Notes under the pieces: model-generated
Databases searched by the model: none
Seen by the model: the letters and a program-made list of their open reading frames with translations, nothing else
What the model was told of the DNA's origin: nothing
Shown: in pieces, positions 37,152 through 50,400 of the stretch
How positions within the stretch are numbered: position 1 is the stretch's first letter
Layout of the letters: each line of letters starts with the position of its first letter
Source: Nemertoderma westbladi
Lineage: Eukaryota; Animalia; Xenacoelomorpha
Reading direction: 5' to 3'
NCBI GenBank assembly: GCA_032718475.1
Contig: JAUCBJ010008381.1
Coordinates: forward strand, 1-64,000
DNA: 64,000 nucleotides
Made by a program: the position numbers and the translations under genes

Positions 37152-38439
37152 TGTACGCGCTTTTGAAGACCTTTAGCAGTTTAACCTGCCAAAATTTATA
37201 TGTCTTTTGGTTTATAAATATACTTTAGAAGATGACAAATATTTAATACCAATAAACACAACATTAGCAGAAGCCAGCCTAGTGCGCGTCCATTCACCCG
37301 CTGGATATTCCCGGGAGACTGGATTCTGAGGGCTTAGATTATTATTGCAGTGAAGCTTACTGTATTGTATTATTCGATTGATCATTAATAATTAATTTCT
37401 GACTAATATTATTTACTTTCGGGAAATATTAACAGTTCCTTTAGGACGTGGCGCTCTATCTAAGTAAACAGAGATATGACTTATACTAATCACAACGGTA
37501 AGTCGGTAAGGCTTATGATTCACGTATGAGGCGCATTCTTTAGGAAATGCTTAGTTATCAGCCACAATCATGCACACTACCGGTAACGCACAATACTGCT
37601 CACTAATTTGCCGACCGTCAATGAATTTTATCATATATAAAGAGAATAGCAACGGACTCATGTAGGGCTTATCAAATAGCATTAAATTCAATACACACCA
37701 CAATAATATAAGTCGCAATCGCTATATATATAACCCGCCTCTCTAACCTGTAGTGTATCAAGAAAATTGGGAAATTTGGGTTCTTTATAAATGTTCTCCA
37801 AATAATATTCAATCCACTGATATAAGATATGACAACAGTAAAAACATTAAGACGGTAGGTTAAGATATGATATGAACAGATATGTACAGCGATATGCACT
37901 GATATGGACCGGTATGTGATTTGCACCGATAACAGTTATACGCTCTATAATCTTCAGCCTACTAATGTTTCTTCTAAAGTATGAAATGAATTGACTCTAG
38001 AGCCGTTGTTCCTGGCCTAGACAGCAATAACAACAAAGTATCAAGTAAAAACAGTAAGACTGAACACTCTCCTTATGATCGGCCGAAAAGCTACACGTCG
38101 ACAGGAAAAATCGCTCTGATTGGCTCAAGCCAAACAAAGAACCATGCGTCCAATGGCTGTTTCCATGTCAGCAACCAGCTGTTAGATGTCGTAATATGAA
38201 TCATCACGGCTAAGCTGTGAAAGGTATTTGGTGCATTGTAGGTTTTTTGCCTTACCATGTCCGCCAAAACACGTATATAGCAGAATGACTTTTATGTCCG
38301 TTAAAACACCTATAACGGTACCTTGCGGGCGAGGGGAATATATATACAGTTAGAGAACCTTTTAGAGTATTCCAGCGCCTGGGGGGGAAACTGGATTGCG
38401 AAGCAAAGGGGCCAGTTATATCCCACAGAAGCTTTTACA
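37152..38439 (-). repeat. 5' LTR of element 1
   Basis: TG...CA, 1288 bp; CCAAT boxes near 38118-38155. Confidence 0.97.
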
Positions 38440-38500
38440 GCAGTGTATGGTTGGAGTTATGTCTGGGTTGCTATAGCAATACTACTGGCTGCCTATATTA

Positions 38501-38763
38501 CAGTATCTCCGGGCCGGACTTAGTATCTCCGGGCCGGACTTAGTATCTCCGGGCCGGACTTAGTATCTCCGGGCCGGACTTAGTATCTCTGGGCCTGAGA
38601 TAGTATCTCCGGGCCGGACTTAGTATCTCCGGGCCGGACTTAGTATCTCCGGGCCGGACTTAGTATCTCCGGGCCGGACTTAGTATCTCCGGGCCTGAGA
38701 TAGTATCTCCGGGCCGGAATTAGTATATCCGGGCCTGAGATAGTATCTCCGGGCCGGACTTAG
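38501..38763. repeat. Minisatellite, 13 x 20 bp (TAGTATCTCCGGGCCGGACT)
   Basis: Direct tandem array with a recurring variant unit ending GCCTGAGA. Confidence 0.97.
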
Positions 38764-38939
38764 AAAAAAAAGGGGAAATCAATGTCCCTTTAGGGGCTCC
38801 GTAGTTATCACTCCAAAGGGTCGGTCTCCTGTTTATCTATGCCAGCTTGACATCGATTTGGCCTGTCATAGCATAATTAGAGTATGTTGGATATTCGTAG
38901 TAGAACATTGGCGGCCCCTTTTTGGGGACACAACTCTAT

Positions 38940-39710
38940 ATGCACTTCTAAAGTTTATTTAAAATGATAAGAATGGGAAAAAGGTTGTAAAAACATTATT
39001 TTTATAAAAACCAATTACAAACAATATCCTACCAACCTGTATTTATACACATTATGAGTATTTGAGGGTAACTATTACAGCTGTGTTCTCATTCAGTAAA
39101 CATATTGAAACAAAAAAGAAAAAGTGTTGCGCAATAATAGGTTCGTGGAGCAAACTCCATCTCGTTTCTGTTGAAACTGGGCTGCGAATTATCAGGATAA
39201 ATATTTACCCGCGGTAACATATGCAATGGCCGAAATATGACAATTTCTCGCTCTGAAAAACCTGAAGGAGATATATAAAGAAAAGGCAACTTTTACTAAA
39301 AAAAATGCTGGGATTACAATTTTCATCATCCTCAACACTCGCCTTAAATCTTTTCGGGGAGAGGACAATGTCCTACGATATCCTCTCTAAGTCACCAGGT
39401 ATTTTTAAACCGGAGGTCATCGAGGCTTATAGGACGTTCCGTACTGAGCGGCAGGAAAACTTTATCGCGGAGGGATTCACTGAAGGACCGGCATTCCACT
39501 CGAGTACTTTGAGAAAACTGGAACAGAAAAATCGCCACGTTGTAACGAGATTGATTTCCCACGGTTTCCATCATAAACTGTACAGCAGCACCACACCGTT
39601 CCACACTCTTTCAGATAGTTGCGTGTGCAAATACTGTGGCGCCAGTTGCTAGCATTGCACCGCTATCATGCACAATGTGTCCTGCACCAGTTCAACTAGC
39701 TTTACGTTAA
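38940..39710 (+). mobile_element. Degenerate 3' end of a LINE ORF2
   Basis: Broken frames give YEYLRVT, FSKHIETKK, KKMLGL and a C-terminal Cys cluster CVCKYCGASC. Confidence 0.45.
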
Positions 39711-40090
39711 ATCAATGGGGGGGGGGGGGGGGGGGGGGGGTCAACTCACTATTTAATTTTTAATTTACTTATATATTTGATTCTTCATTAATTTACATAT
39801 GTTTTTACTTACTACATCAGTTAGACACCGCTAATAATTAGAATGTTTTAATTAAATTTTAAATATTGAATTCCTGATTTTAAGGTCGTCAATCACGCAA
39901 CAAATTAATATTTACATTGAATACCTTTACTATGTTTTTAACATTAGTCCTACCAGTTTTACATATTACATATATTTTAATATTCCATATGGTATTAACG
40001 AGTATTGTTATTGTATTAATTAATGTGTTATAATTAACTTTAATAGTATCAATTTATAATTTAACGGAGTGGGGGTGTATCTATAGAAAA

Positions 40091-40190
40091 GTAGGTGTGG
40101 GCGTAGGTGTATGTGTAGGTGTAGGTGTGGGCGTAGGTGCAGGTGTAGGCGTAGGCGTAAGTGTAGGCGTAGGTGTAGGTGTAGGCGTAG
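40091..40190. repeat. (GTAGGY)n hexamer microsatellite
   Basis: Seen directly; followed by (ACAT)n and a Helitron-like end near 40365. Confidence 0.85.
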
Positions 40191-41189
40191 CGTTTACACC
40201 ACAGACAAACGTGTAAAATAAAACCCGGAGACAGTGACAGCTGTCTGAATCATGTTAATTAATACGCATCGAATGAGCCACAAAGCAAGGAATGAGAGCG
40301 AAATCTGTCGGCGTGTACATACATACATACATACAAACTGAGCAGATTTATATATATTTTAGATACTATACATTAGATACTGTAATAATAATATAATTGT
40401 TGCATTTAAAATTATGTGCATAAATACTTCGAAAACATTCAGTCAGCGCGGTACGCCGATTTTAGAGCATTCATCGTGATATTAGAAATGAGTTCATGTC
40501 AGTTAGATAGAGTGTTCCTGTTCATGTCTTTTTCAATAATAGTCTATGGCATCTGAATGTCAAATGTCTACAGGTTGCATGAATAAAAGCACGAAAAGTT
40601 TACAAAGTTGCAAAGTGAACACTGAACTCAATAAAATATCACAAACTACACCATGTCCGGGAATATAGTGTCGTTATTCAGGTACCGGTACCTGCCCCCC
40701 CCCCCCCCCCCAAAAAAAAAATTGTTCTACAAATCTTAATAAGATTGCATGAAATTTGAAACAGAATCAGTTTCACCTCCCAGAATTTTTATTTTCGCTT
40801 ACATTTTTAGCTACAAGCGTTTAAAAAAAGGTCATTCAAAGTTATTATTACAAAGTTATTTGTAATATTGGCATTTGTGGCATTTATTACAAAGTTATTC
40901 TTCAACCTTATAGTGAGGGAAAGCTGGCCATGCAAGGATTCCAAATATGTGAAAATATTTGAATTTGGTTGGGAAATAGCCGAGAAAAGGGCATTCGAAT
41001 ATTGCTTGTATTAGCTTCCCCTGCAGGCCATTTATTATTTTTAATTAATGTACCATATTCATTTATTCTAGATTATTAGATAAATGTCAGTTAACCATTC
41101 AAAAAGCAACAAGTACTAACTAGCAAGTTAGCTATAGTGTTAAAAAGGATACTAACGATACAACAAAGAGATACCCGTAATCTAATATT

Positions 41190-41465
41190 AATTTAAAATA
41201 ATAGTCCAGGTGCCGGAAGAGGTGCTATCTAGCTGCCTAGGATATCGAATAGGCCCTCTGACGGAAATTCAACTGTACCGAGGACTGCGGCCGAGTTCCC
41301 AACTAGTATTGCGACCGCGATGCGCTGAAGAAGGAAACGATGGGAGCGAGGATCCTGTGTCGATGAATGTATCCTCCTACCGACCTCCTTCAGGAAAACT
41401 TCCGTTGCCGGGAATGTATCCTCTTACCGACCTCCTTCAGGAAAACTTCCGTTGCCGGAACCATA
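41190..41465 (-). mobile_element. 3' fragment of an RLE-type (CRE-like) non-LTR element with an internal ~47 bp tandem duplication
   Basis: Minus frame reads ATEVFLKEVGRRIHSSTQDPRSHRFLLQRIAVAILVGNSAAVLGT, matching the QR-x-x-x-A-I-x-x-G-N end of the restriction-like endonuclease. Confidence 0.7.
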
Positions 41466-41542
41466 TTCTAGATATTCTACCATATTCTAGAATATTTTGT
41501 TTATTCGATACGTAGCTGGGCAACAATGCAATACCTCTTTAA

Positions 41543-41733
41543 TGCCGCGTTCACACTACTGAGTCAAAGTCAAAGTCAAAAGACAAAATGTAAATCATAA
41601 TCACAGGAAATTATATATTTTCTAGAACGCCATTATGTATTACATTGGGACTACATAATGTATTATTATCTATTATTGCTAGCTAGCTGTATTTATTTTC
41701 TTTTGATTTTGACTCGGTAGTGTAAACGCGGCC
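41543..41733. mobile_element. PIF/Harbinger-type MITE
   Basis: TIR GCCGCGTTCACACTACTGAGTCAAA / TTTGACTCGGTAGTGTAAACGCGGC, with TAA on both sides. Confidence 0.8.
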
Positions 41734-42820
41734 TAAACATACTATTAGGTAGCTATTCATAAATAAACAAAATGTTCTAGAATATGGTATTTTTATTTAA
41801 TAGAATAAAATAGCCTCATGCAGATGCAAAACCATGCAACATTTGAACGCTCATATCTCAGTTATTTCCCAACCAAATTCAGATTATGTTACATATTTGG
41901 AATCCTTACATGGCCAGCTTTCCATCAGTACCAACCAACAAATCGCTATAAGGTTGAACAATAACTGGAGTGTAACTGGTGAAATATCACCGGAGACACC
42001 TTTTTCAAACGCTTGTAGCTAAACAATGAAAGCGAAATTAAAAATTCTGGCTCACCCAGCAAGGAGGAGGGAGGTGAAACTATCTCTGTTTCTAATTTCA
42101 TACAATCTTATTAAAATTTGTAGAAAAATTTGGGGGGGGGGGGTAATGTACCTGAATAACGACACTATATTCCAGGACATGGTGTATATATATATGTGAT
42201 ACAAAAAATATCTAATTACACCATGACCCGTAATATAGTGTCATTTTCTGATGACATGGACCCCCCCCCCCCCCAAATTTTTCTACAAATCTTTATCATA
42301 TTGTTTGAAATTTGAAACACAATTAGTTCAACTCACCGTGGTTGTTACCATGAAGCCGGAATTTTCGATTTCGCCTTCAAATTTTATTTATAAGCGTTTT
42401 AAAAAAGTGTCTTTTGCGAAATCGCACCCTCTGTATCATTGCCATTCTTCACTTTAGTCGTAATTTTTCACATCAATAGAAAGCTTGCGTTCAAAGGATT
42501 CCAAATATGTAGCAATATCTGAATTTCGTTGAGAAACAGCTGAGAAATAGGCATTCAAAGATTGCAAGAATTATTGTTCACTGCAGGCCATTTATTCTAT
42601 TTAATAAATACACAATATTCTAGAACGAGTTATTTATTTTATGAGTTGGTAGGCAACAGCGGTATGCCTATACAATATCTATGTTCGCGCTTTTAGACCT
42701 TTAGCAGTTTAACCTGCCAAATTTAGGTGTCTTCTAGGTTATAAATCGACTTTAGCCTATAACAAGTATTTGATACACATAAAGTTACATTAGCCGAAGC
42801 CAGCCTATGCGCGATCATTC

Positions 42821-45217
42821 TACTACTACTACTACTACTACTAGGATCGGCATGCTGCATTGCAGCTGCATTTTTAAGAATGCTGTGCCGGCTTGTCAAC
42901 AAAATTGCACCGCCACAACTCCCTATCACCCATGACATTTGCTAGATCATCCGCATCTTTAAGGCCAGTGTCCTTTAAGATGCGTCTCAAGAAAGTCATG
43001 GGCTGTCCACCATGCTTATTCACTCCATGAGGCTGCCAAAGTACAAGATTATGCACTGGCTGGTCCTCACGGCGAAAGCAATGTCCTGCAAAGCGGAGGC
43101 GATTTTGTTCTAGTGTCAAGCTTGGGGGAACCAATGAGACACCTCCAATGTTATATAGTGTCTGGTTGGAGATGTGTGCATTGTACTTGACACAATGAAC
43201 CCGGCGTAGCATTCTTGTGAATGTGCCATCCAGAGATTTGGTGTCCTCAGCAGTTAGAGCCCAGCATGGACTCCCGTAGAGGAGTACTGGAACTACTGCT
43301 GCTCTAAATAATCGGACCTTAAGTTTCCGATTAATTCTCGGTGACTTCCAAATCCTGGAAAGCCTATTCAAGGCTGCCCATGCCTTTCCCTTACGTATTC
43401 GAAGGTCCTCACCTGACTTCCGGATCCATGATCCCAGGTAACAGAAGTCGTCCACATGCTCAAGCATACCATCCTTTGAGCTTATGCTCATCCTATCAGA
43501 GACTTGCTGAGGACTTTCAAAGTTAACTGTCAGAATTTTGGTCTTTCTGGAGTTAATAAAAAGACCAACACTAGAAGCAGCATGTTCTAATGAGCTGAGG
43601 AGCCGTTGGGCTCCCTCTAATGATTCTGAGAGTACTCCTAAGTCATCAGCAAAGTCTAGATCAGTTAGGTACTTGGCAGGATTTCCTCGACTTCTGGAGC
43701 CAGTAGGTGGAGTTATCATCACCCCATCATCATTATAATGATCTAAGGACATGCGTAGAACATAGTCAACCACAATAATGAACAAGAATGGTGCAAGTGT
43801 GTCTCCTTGGAGGACGCCCCATAACACTTCAAATGGTTCTGTGTCACCATCAACAGTAGACACAAATGTTGTCGAACCATCGTATACTGATCTGATTGCT
43901 GCAATAATTTCATCAGGAATCCCATATAATGAAAGTATGGTGAACATACGTGAGCGAGAGACTGAATCAAAGGCCTTGAAGAAGTCAACAAAGATAACAG
44001 CCAGATGCCTGTCTTTCTTTTTTGATAACTCTTCAATTATCCTTCTAAGTGCCAAAATGGGCTCCATGGTCCCACGACCTTTACGGAACCCATTCTGATT
44101 TCCACGGAGCAGTCTCTCAATGGGATCCCTGATGCGATTTAATAGAATCCTATTGTATAGCTTTGCAGCAATCGAGATCAATGAGATTCCCCGAAAAGAA
44201 CCATAGAGTGTTAGGTTGCCCTTCTTGGGAACTGGCACCAACTTATTTGTTTTCATTTCTTGTGGGACTCTTGTTGTTCGGTACATGTCTACTATGATGG
44301 GATAGATGAGCTTTAAACACTCAGGTATTTTAAAGACCTCAGGGGGAACACCATCTACTCCACTGGCACGATTGGTCTTAATGCTCTTTGCAGCAGCCTT
44401 CACTTCTGCAAAGGAGATATCGCCAATGGGAATATCTGGGAGTACAGACTCAGACACTTTTACTTCTATAAAGTTATCAGGCAATACCCTGTCATTATTG
44501 AGGAGCTTTTCAAAGTGGGCTTTCCAACCATTGAGGCGATCGGCTGGTGATTCAGCCTTAACCTTGGTGGTTGGTTGGCTTTTCCGCCCAGTAAGCAGAT
44601 TGATCGATTTCCATGCCTGGGATGATTGCCTGCTGTCGTCAGCATCATTGATGGCATCAACCTGTTGGTTTATTAGCTCCTGTAGATTAGCAGAGTACTG
44701 CCTGTTCAGGGACCTAGAAGCAGCCTTAACTGCATTCTTGGCCGCTGTAGTCTGTTTGAGTCGGGACTCTTTCTGCGCCTTATGAAGGTCATTTCGGCAC
44801 TTCTGAATTTTGTTGTCAGTCCAGGGGGCCCTTTTCTTGTTTCGAGGGTATACAGGAACTGTTTCTGCAGCTGCTAACTTAACTGCTTCTGTAAAGGCAG
44901 TATAGCCCTCACAGTGATCTGCCGCCTCAGAGGCAAGAGCCTCATACCTGTTGCTCAGCTGTAGTGTGAAGCTGGATCTCACACTTGGCTGTTGCAACAG
45001 AGAGGACCAGTCATGCCGCGGCAAGGCAGATTTCGTTGTTCTGCTAGCACGCAGACTAAGTCTTACCTTGGCCACAATAAGGCGGTGATCACTGGAGAAG
45101 GGTCGAAGTGTAAATGCATTACAGTCTTGTATAGAGCTCCTGTATTTCCTACGAAACAGAATATGGTCTATCTGGGACTTGTGACCACTGGGTCCACTAT
45201 GACTGACCTGTCCTGAC
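42821..45217 (-). mobile_element. 5'-truncated RTE-clade LINE inserted in the 3' LTR of element 2
   Basis: 11-bp TSD CGCGATCATTC (42810-42820 and 45218-45228); (TAG)n tail; ~30 nt 3' UTR; empty site present in the 5' LTR. Confidence 0.96.
42874..45200 (-). CDS. RTE ORF: end of APE endonuclease plus reverse transcriptase (5' incomplete)
   Basis: The frame is open upstream of the called start (SQIDHILF...SSDHRLIVAK); QNGFR, DFFKAFDSV, GVLQGDTLAP, LDFADD, YLGS. Confidence 0.95.
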
Positions 45218-46336
45218 CGCGATCATTCACCCACGGTTAAGGGAGACTGGATTCGGATGCTCTGGCCTTATTGCGGTGTAGGCCTACTGTACTATTCGAT
45301 TGATCGTTAATATATAATCTCTGACAAATATTATTCACTTTCGGGAAATATTAACAGTTCCTTTAGGACGTGGCGCTCTAAGTATGTAAACAGAGTTATG
45401 ACTTACACTAAACACAACGGGATGGCTAATGATTTTCGTATAAAGCGCATTCTTTAGGAAATGCTTTGTTACCTGTCACACTCATGCACACTACCTCACA
45501 CTGCTGCATACTGATCTGGCGACCTTCACTAAATTTGATCATATATAAGGAGAACAGCAACTGACACATGTAGGGCCTATGAAATAGCATTCAATTCACT
45601 CCAAAACCACTATAATGTAAGTCGCAATTGCTATATGTAACCGGTCTCTCTAACCTTCAGTATATCAAGAAGATTGGGGTTTTACGATTATTTATCGATA
45701 TTCTCCCAATATAACAACATTCCATCAACTGATAACAATTAATAACCGACAGTAAATAGCAGTAAAATAATGCGGTGAAAAGTAAGGTGAGTCTGGTATG
45801 CCAGGATAACAGTTATACGTTTCTATAATCAAAGCCATTCTAATGTTTGGCTAAAGTCTGAAACACAGAATAATTCCAAAGCCGATGTTCTGGGCTCAGG
45901 AAAAGGGAAAACAAAGACCACAATGCATTGCGCGATTTCCCGGAGGCTTCTGTGCAAATAAAATGAAAATCGCTCTGATTGGTCGAGTGAGTGAGCCTGA
46001 ACAAAGAAAGCCAAAAGCTCCACGTCGACATATCAGCTGGTAGATGTCCTCATCTGAACTACACTGTATTAAGAGTATTTTGGCGTATTGCGGCATAAAA
46101 TGGCTTGTTATGTCCGCTAAAGTACACATACAGAAAAATGGCTTTTTATGTCCACTAAAACACTTACACAGTAAGAAAACGGCTTTTTATGTCCGCTAAA
46201 ACACCTACAGAGTACTTTGCGGGGAAAATGACTAGTTATATCCGCAAAAGCCTTTACACCGCTCCTAGAAAATGGGATTTAATTCTATAAAATATAAAAA
46301 ATCACAGTTTCTAAAATATAAAAATACTCTAAACAG

Positions 46337-47453
46337 TTAGTCTTTCTTGCGCGGACGGCGTTTACGCAGTTTTTTGAGGCTAGCAAGAGTCCTTTTCTCT
46401 TTGGGGCGAGCCACTTTACTAGGAGGGCTATAACTCCTGGGTGAAGGGTGCAATACAATTGCATCGGAAGGTTTGGGATTACGGTCGGTGTATCCGCCGG
46501 TCGAGGTACCCGTTGATCGGTATTAACCTCAGTGGAACGAGGTCGAATAACCTTGAGAGCGCGTTTTAAGACAGCAGCTCTTACTGGTCCCTGACGGATC
46601 GTTTGCATGAGAGCGGTAGGTGGACCGTGTGTAGTGAGAAATTTCCGCGGTTTGATGATTCTTTCCAACTCGCGTTCTCAGGCTCTATCGGGATCGATAT
46701 GCTTCTCCTCGAACTGATTTTCCTCCGCTTGTCGTTGAAAGCATTCGTCCAAAACTCTTGCAGAAAGTAGAGTCGTCCAAGTTCGATATCTTCTTAGAGA
46801 TTCTGGATTTCCTGATTGAACTGAGATAAAGCTAATTCGTTTACCGCTTGGACTTGCTGCTGCAATTTACGTTTCTCTAAACAATTGTAGGTTCCTTTTC
46901 CAATCTTTTGATGAATAGTGTCCAACGCGTTTAGTACAACTCTCTCCTCCACCTCGGTGACAGGTTATATTGGGTTAAACCGGGACGATGATACGGTTGA
47001 ATGGCGATATTAGATGTCCGCGTCCCAATCCGACTAGGTAAGATGGGCGAATATTTAGGGAGCCCACAACCGGAGTGCCACCGACTAATTGTTCGGGTAA
47101 CACTAGATCTTTGAACAGTGAGTACAGTTCGGGAGGGTCTGTGATACTATTAGGATCAAGAGTCTGAGGTCTCACTAGGGAGTGAGGAGGTCTGACCGAG
47201 TATTCCAGAACTCTGATCATAGGTTTATTTAAGGATCGTTTGAGTTGAGCGAGCATAGGTGATACATCGAACAAGTTTCGCTCGAAACTCCCGTAAATAT
47301 AGCGAGTAAAACTGTGTTTAGAGCAACGTCTCCGCGGATGTTTATGACTTCCCGTTTGTTGGTTGGATCTTGGGCATTTATCGCAATAATACCAAAGATG
47401 CACGTCTTGTAGGGGAAACGCTGGTGATCTTTCTTCAGTTTTACAATGTGCAA
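46337..47453 (-). pseudogene. Accessory ORF region of element 2 (disrupted)
   Basis: 46337-46686 is homologous to the C-terminal ~115 aa of the element 1 accessory ORF (ERELERIIKPRKFLT...KKLRKRRPRKKD, one frameshift). The upstream part shows no visible similarity to element 1. Confidence 0.65.
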
Positions 47454-47464
47454 TTGTGCATGTT

Positions 47465-50400
47465 TTACAATTTACAATGTTCTACCGATCGCACCAAACC
47501 ATGATCCGAGATATGAGTCTCGATGATACGACCTGTCTGCCACCGCTTACGTGGAAGATCTGAATCCACAATAAGGACCATGTCTCCGGCGCTGACGTTT
47601 TCTTGCTGCGCAAACCACTTAGTTCGAAGTTGTAGTGTAGGCAGATAATGTTTTTCGAAATGGTCAGCGAAACGACGGGAAAACAACTGCATAAGTTGCC
47701 AAGTTTGCCGGCAGTATTCGTCTCCATCCGTGATTTCCGATCGTGGGAGCATGGCTACAGGTTTCTTCAGTAGGAAGTGCGCGGGTGTTAGCGCTTCCAG
47801 GGAATCGGGACTCGATGAGACTGGCATAAGCGGTCTCTCGTTGAGATAGGTGGCGATTTCCTCCATTAACGTTCGCAAAAGTTTGTCGGTGAGATACGCG
47901 CGGTACGGCACTATAAAGTGAAATGCGGTCTTCACGCTTCTGATTAATCTCTCCCAACTTCCTCCCCACCACGGGGCGTCGGCGGCGTTGAAGGTCCAGC
48001 TAGACGCTGTTACCCTTAGCTGACGTCCACCTGTCTTTGGTTCCAATCTTTGACGTAAGCCTTGATTTCATTGTTGGCACCAATGAAGTTCGTTCCCTTA
48101 TCAGATATCATCGTGTTACTAGTTCCAAAGCGAGCGATCTGTTGGCGTAAGCTCAATATGAAGCTATTGGTAGATAAATCGTTCACCATATCGAGATGGA
48201 TAGCTCTACAAGTCAGACAGACAAAGATGACACACCATCTCTTAACTATAGTCCTAGCACGATATACTTCAATAGGGCCAAATAAATCCACACCGGTATT
48301 AGTAAAGGGTGGTTCATAGAAGCTTACTCGTTCCCTAGGTAATTCTGCCTCTCGCTGTGTTAAAGGCCTACTGAACGCTTTCCTACAGGGTATACAGTTC
48401 CTAAGAACTTGGTTCAGAGCTCTACGGGGTTTATGAAAATAATAGCGAGTTCGAATTTCGCTAAGAACTCGTTCTCTACCAGCATGATAAAGCTTACTGT
48501 GAACATCTACAATCATCTTGATTTGTATTTCAAGATTTCTAATGAGTATGGGAAACTTAGTGTCAAAGGATAATGGAGCATTAGTTAGTCTTCCTCCAAC
48601 GCGTATTAACCCATCTATCATTGTGCTAGAGAAACGATCCCTTAAGCGCATCTGTGGATTTCTCAACAACAGGAAATACTTATCGGAATCTTCATAGCAT
48701 TGCAGGAGTCTCAGTATCTGCTTATTGGTTTCTTCATGCTCCTGGTAACTGATTTTCTCCTTCAGAAATCTGTCCGATGTCTTGTATTTGGGAAGATCTC
48801 TAACAACATGGACCTGCGCAGATGTCAGTGGAGCGGTATCACTAGTGGTCTTCGTCCTGGAGTAGTGATGATGAAAACATCGCTTTAAATATGTAACGGC
48901 CTTACAGAGCCGATTCCAGGAACTATAGTGACGTATCGCTCTCTGCAGGAGAGGTGAGAGTCCTTGCGAGACGTCTGGTGTTCCAGATTTCCAATCTCTC
49001 TCTCTGATTTCCACAACAGACTTATTTGTGGCTGGGGGTTTCGGATCCAAAGCGTCGTCTCGGGAAGTGCATAGTACCGACAGATCTATCACGGGTTTAA
49101 ATAACTTCGATTTACTCGCCCGGGTTTTAGGTTTGACTTTCTCCGCTCCCTTGGCTTGTCTAATCTCCGCCGTAGTAAGATGAGGAGGCCATTCATCCTC
49201 TTCTTTGCTTAGGAAGTCGGGTCCACCTAACCAGTCTGGAGTATCTATCAGTTCCTGTGGAGTTGCTCCCCTGGAGGCGATATCGGCTGGATTAATCGTC
49301 CCGGGGCAATGTCTCCATTGATCTATCTTCGTCTGACTAAGTATAATGGCTAATCTGTTGGTAACGAAGACGCTGAACTGACAGACTTCATTGGTTATAT
49401 ACTCCAACACGAGTAAAGCATCGGTCCAATAGACAGTTTTCTCCAGTGGATAGTCGATCTGTTCTGTTACATTCCGGCTGATGGCTGTAGCGTATAGAGC
49501 CGCTTTTAACTCCGCTCGAGGAACTTTCAACTTGTTGTTTATCAATGCCTTAGAGGTAACCAAGGCGACCTTGATTCCATCCGGAGTTTCAACTCTCAGG
49601 TAGGCTACTATACCTATTCCCATATCGCTGGCGTCTCCAAACACATGGAGTTGATAGGAATACGCAGGGAGAACATGACCAAAATATGAACGGGAGATTA
49701 GAAAGTTCTCGATGGATGGTAGAGAATCCTCCCATTTCATCCACTTCTTTAATAGTTCTCCCTTAAGTGGATCGTCCCATGAGTGGTTTTCAAGCCACAT
49801 TTGTTGTACTAAACTCCGAGCAATCAATATAACTGGGCTAATAAATCCCAATGGATCGAAATAAGTGCTCAGGATACTTAGACAAATTCGTTTAGTCCGA
49901 ACTGGATTATCTCGCTGTTTTAGCTGGAAAAACAGGATATCTCTCTCCGTGTCCCATTTCAAACCAAGTGTATTGGTTTCTGGAAGATCGTCCTTGATTA
50001 GGTCTAGATCTTTAACTCCTCGGTCTTCTACCGGGATCGATTCCAGAAACTCACGGGAGTTGCTGGTGAATTTAGTTAATCGAAATCCACCTCTTTTCAA
50101 GCACTCTACCATTCCTTTGGCGACATCAATGGCTTCTTCCACCGATGGGAGGGACTTTAAATTGTCGTCCATGTATATATCCCGTTTGATGTTGTCGATA
50201 ACCTCTTTGGAGAAGGCGTCCCGGTTGTCATCAGCAGTGGTGCGCACTACTGAGCAGGCGTTTGAAGGGCTCGAGATGATCCCAAAAGCCTGGATGGTCA
50301 TCCAGTACTCCACCGGTTTCTGGTTGAGGTCTCCTTCAGGCCACCACAGAAATCGTAGGCTGTCACGATCTCTATCCAGCGCCTTAACTTGTAAGAACAT

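Larger units (their letters stand above)
26239..38439 (-). mobile_element. BEL/Pao LTR retrotransposon 1, 12.2 kb, non-autonomous (RT, most of RNase H, and IN deleted)
   Basis: 1288-bp TG...CA LTRs at both ends; 5-bp TSD GCAGT (26234-26238 and 38440-38444); gag-protease ORF on the minus strand. Confidence 0.97.
40649..42184. mobile_element. TA-flanked long-TIR non-autonomous DNA transposon A
   Basis: TIR CACCATGTCCGGGAATATAGTGTCGTTATTCAGGTAC / GTACCTGAATAACGACACTATATTCCAGGACATGGTG; the empty site is seen in copy A near 10918. Confidence 0.9.

Noticed and set aside
38501-38763. Regular short repeats as a possible CRISPR array (also 11062-11370 and 59268-59520)
   Set aside because: Head-to-tail units without unique spacers, no cas genes, eukaryotic context.
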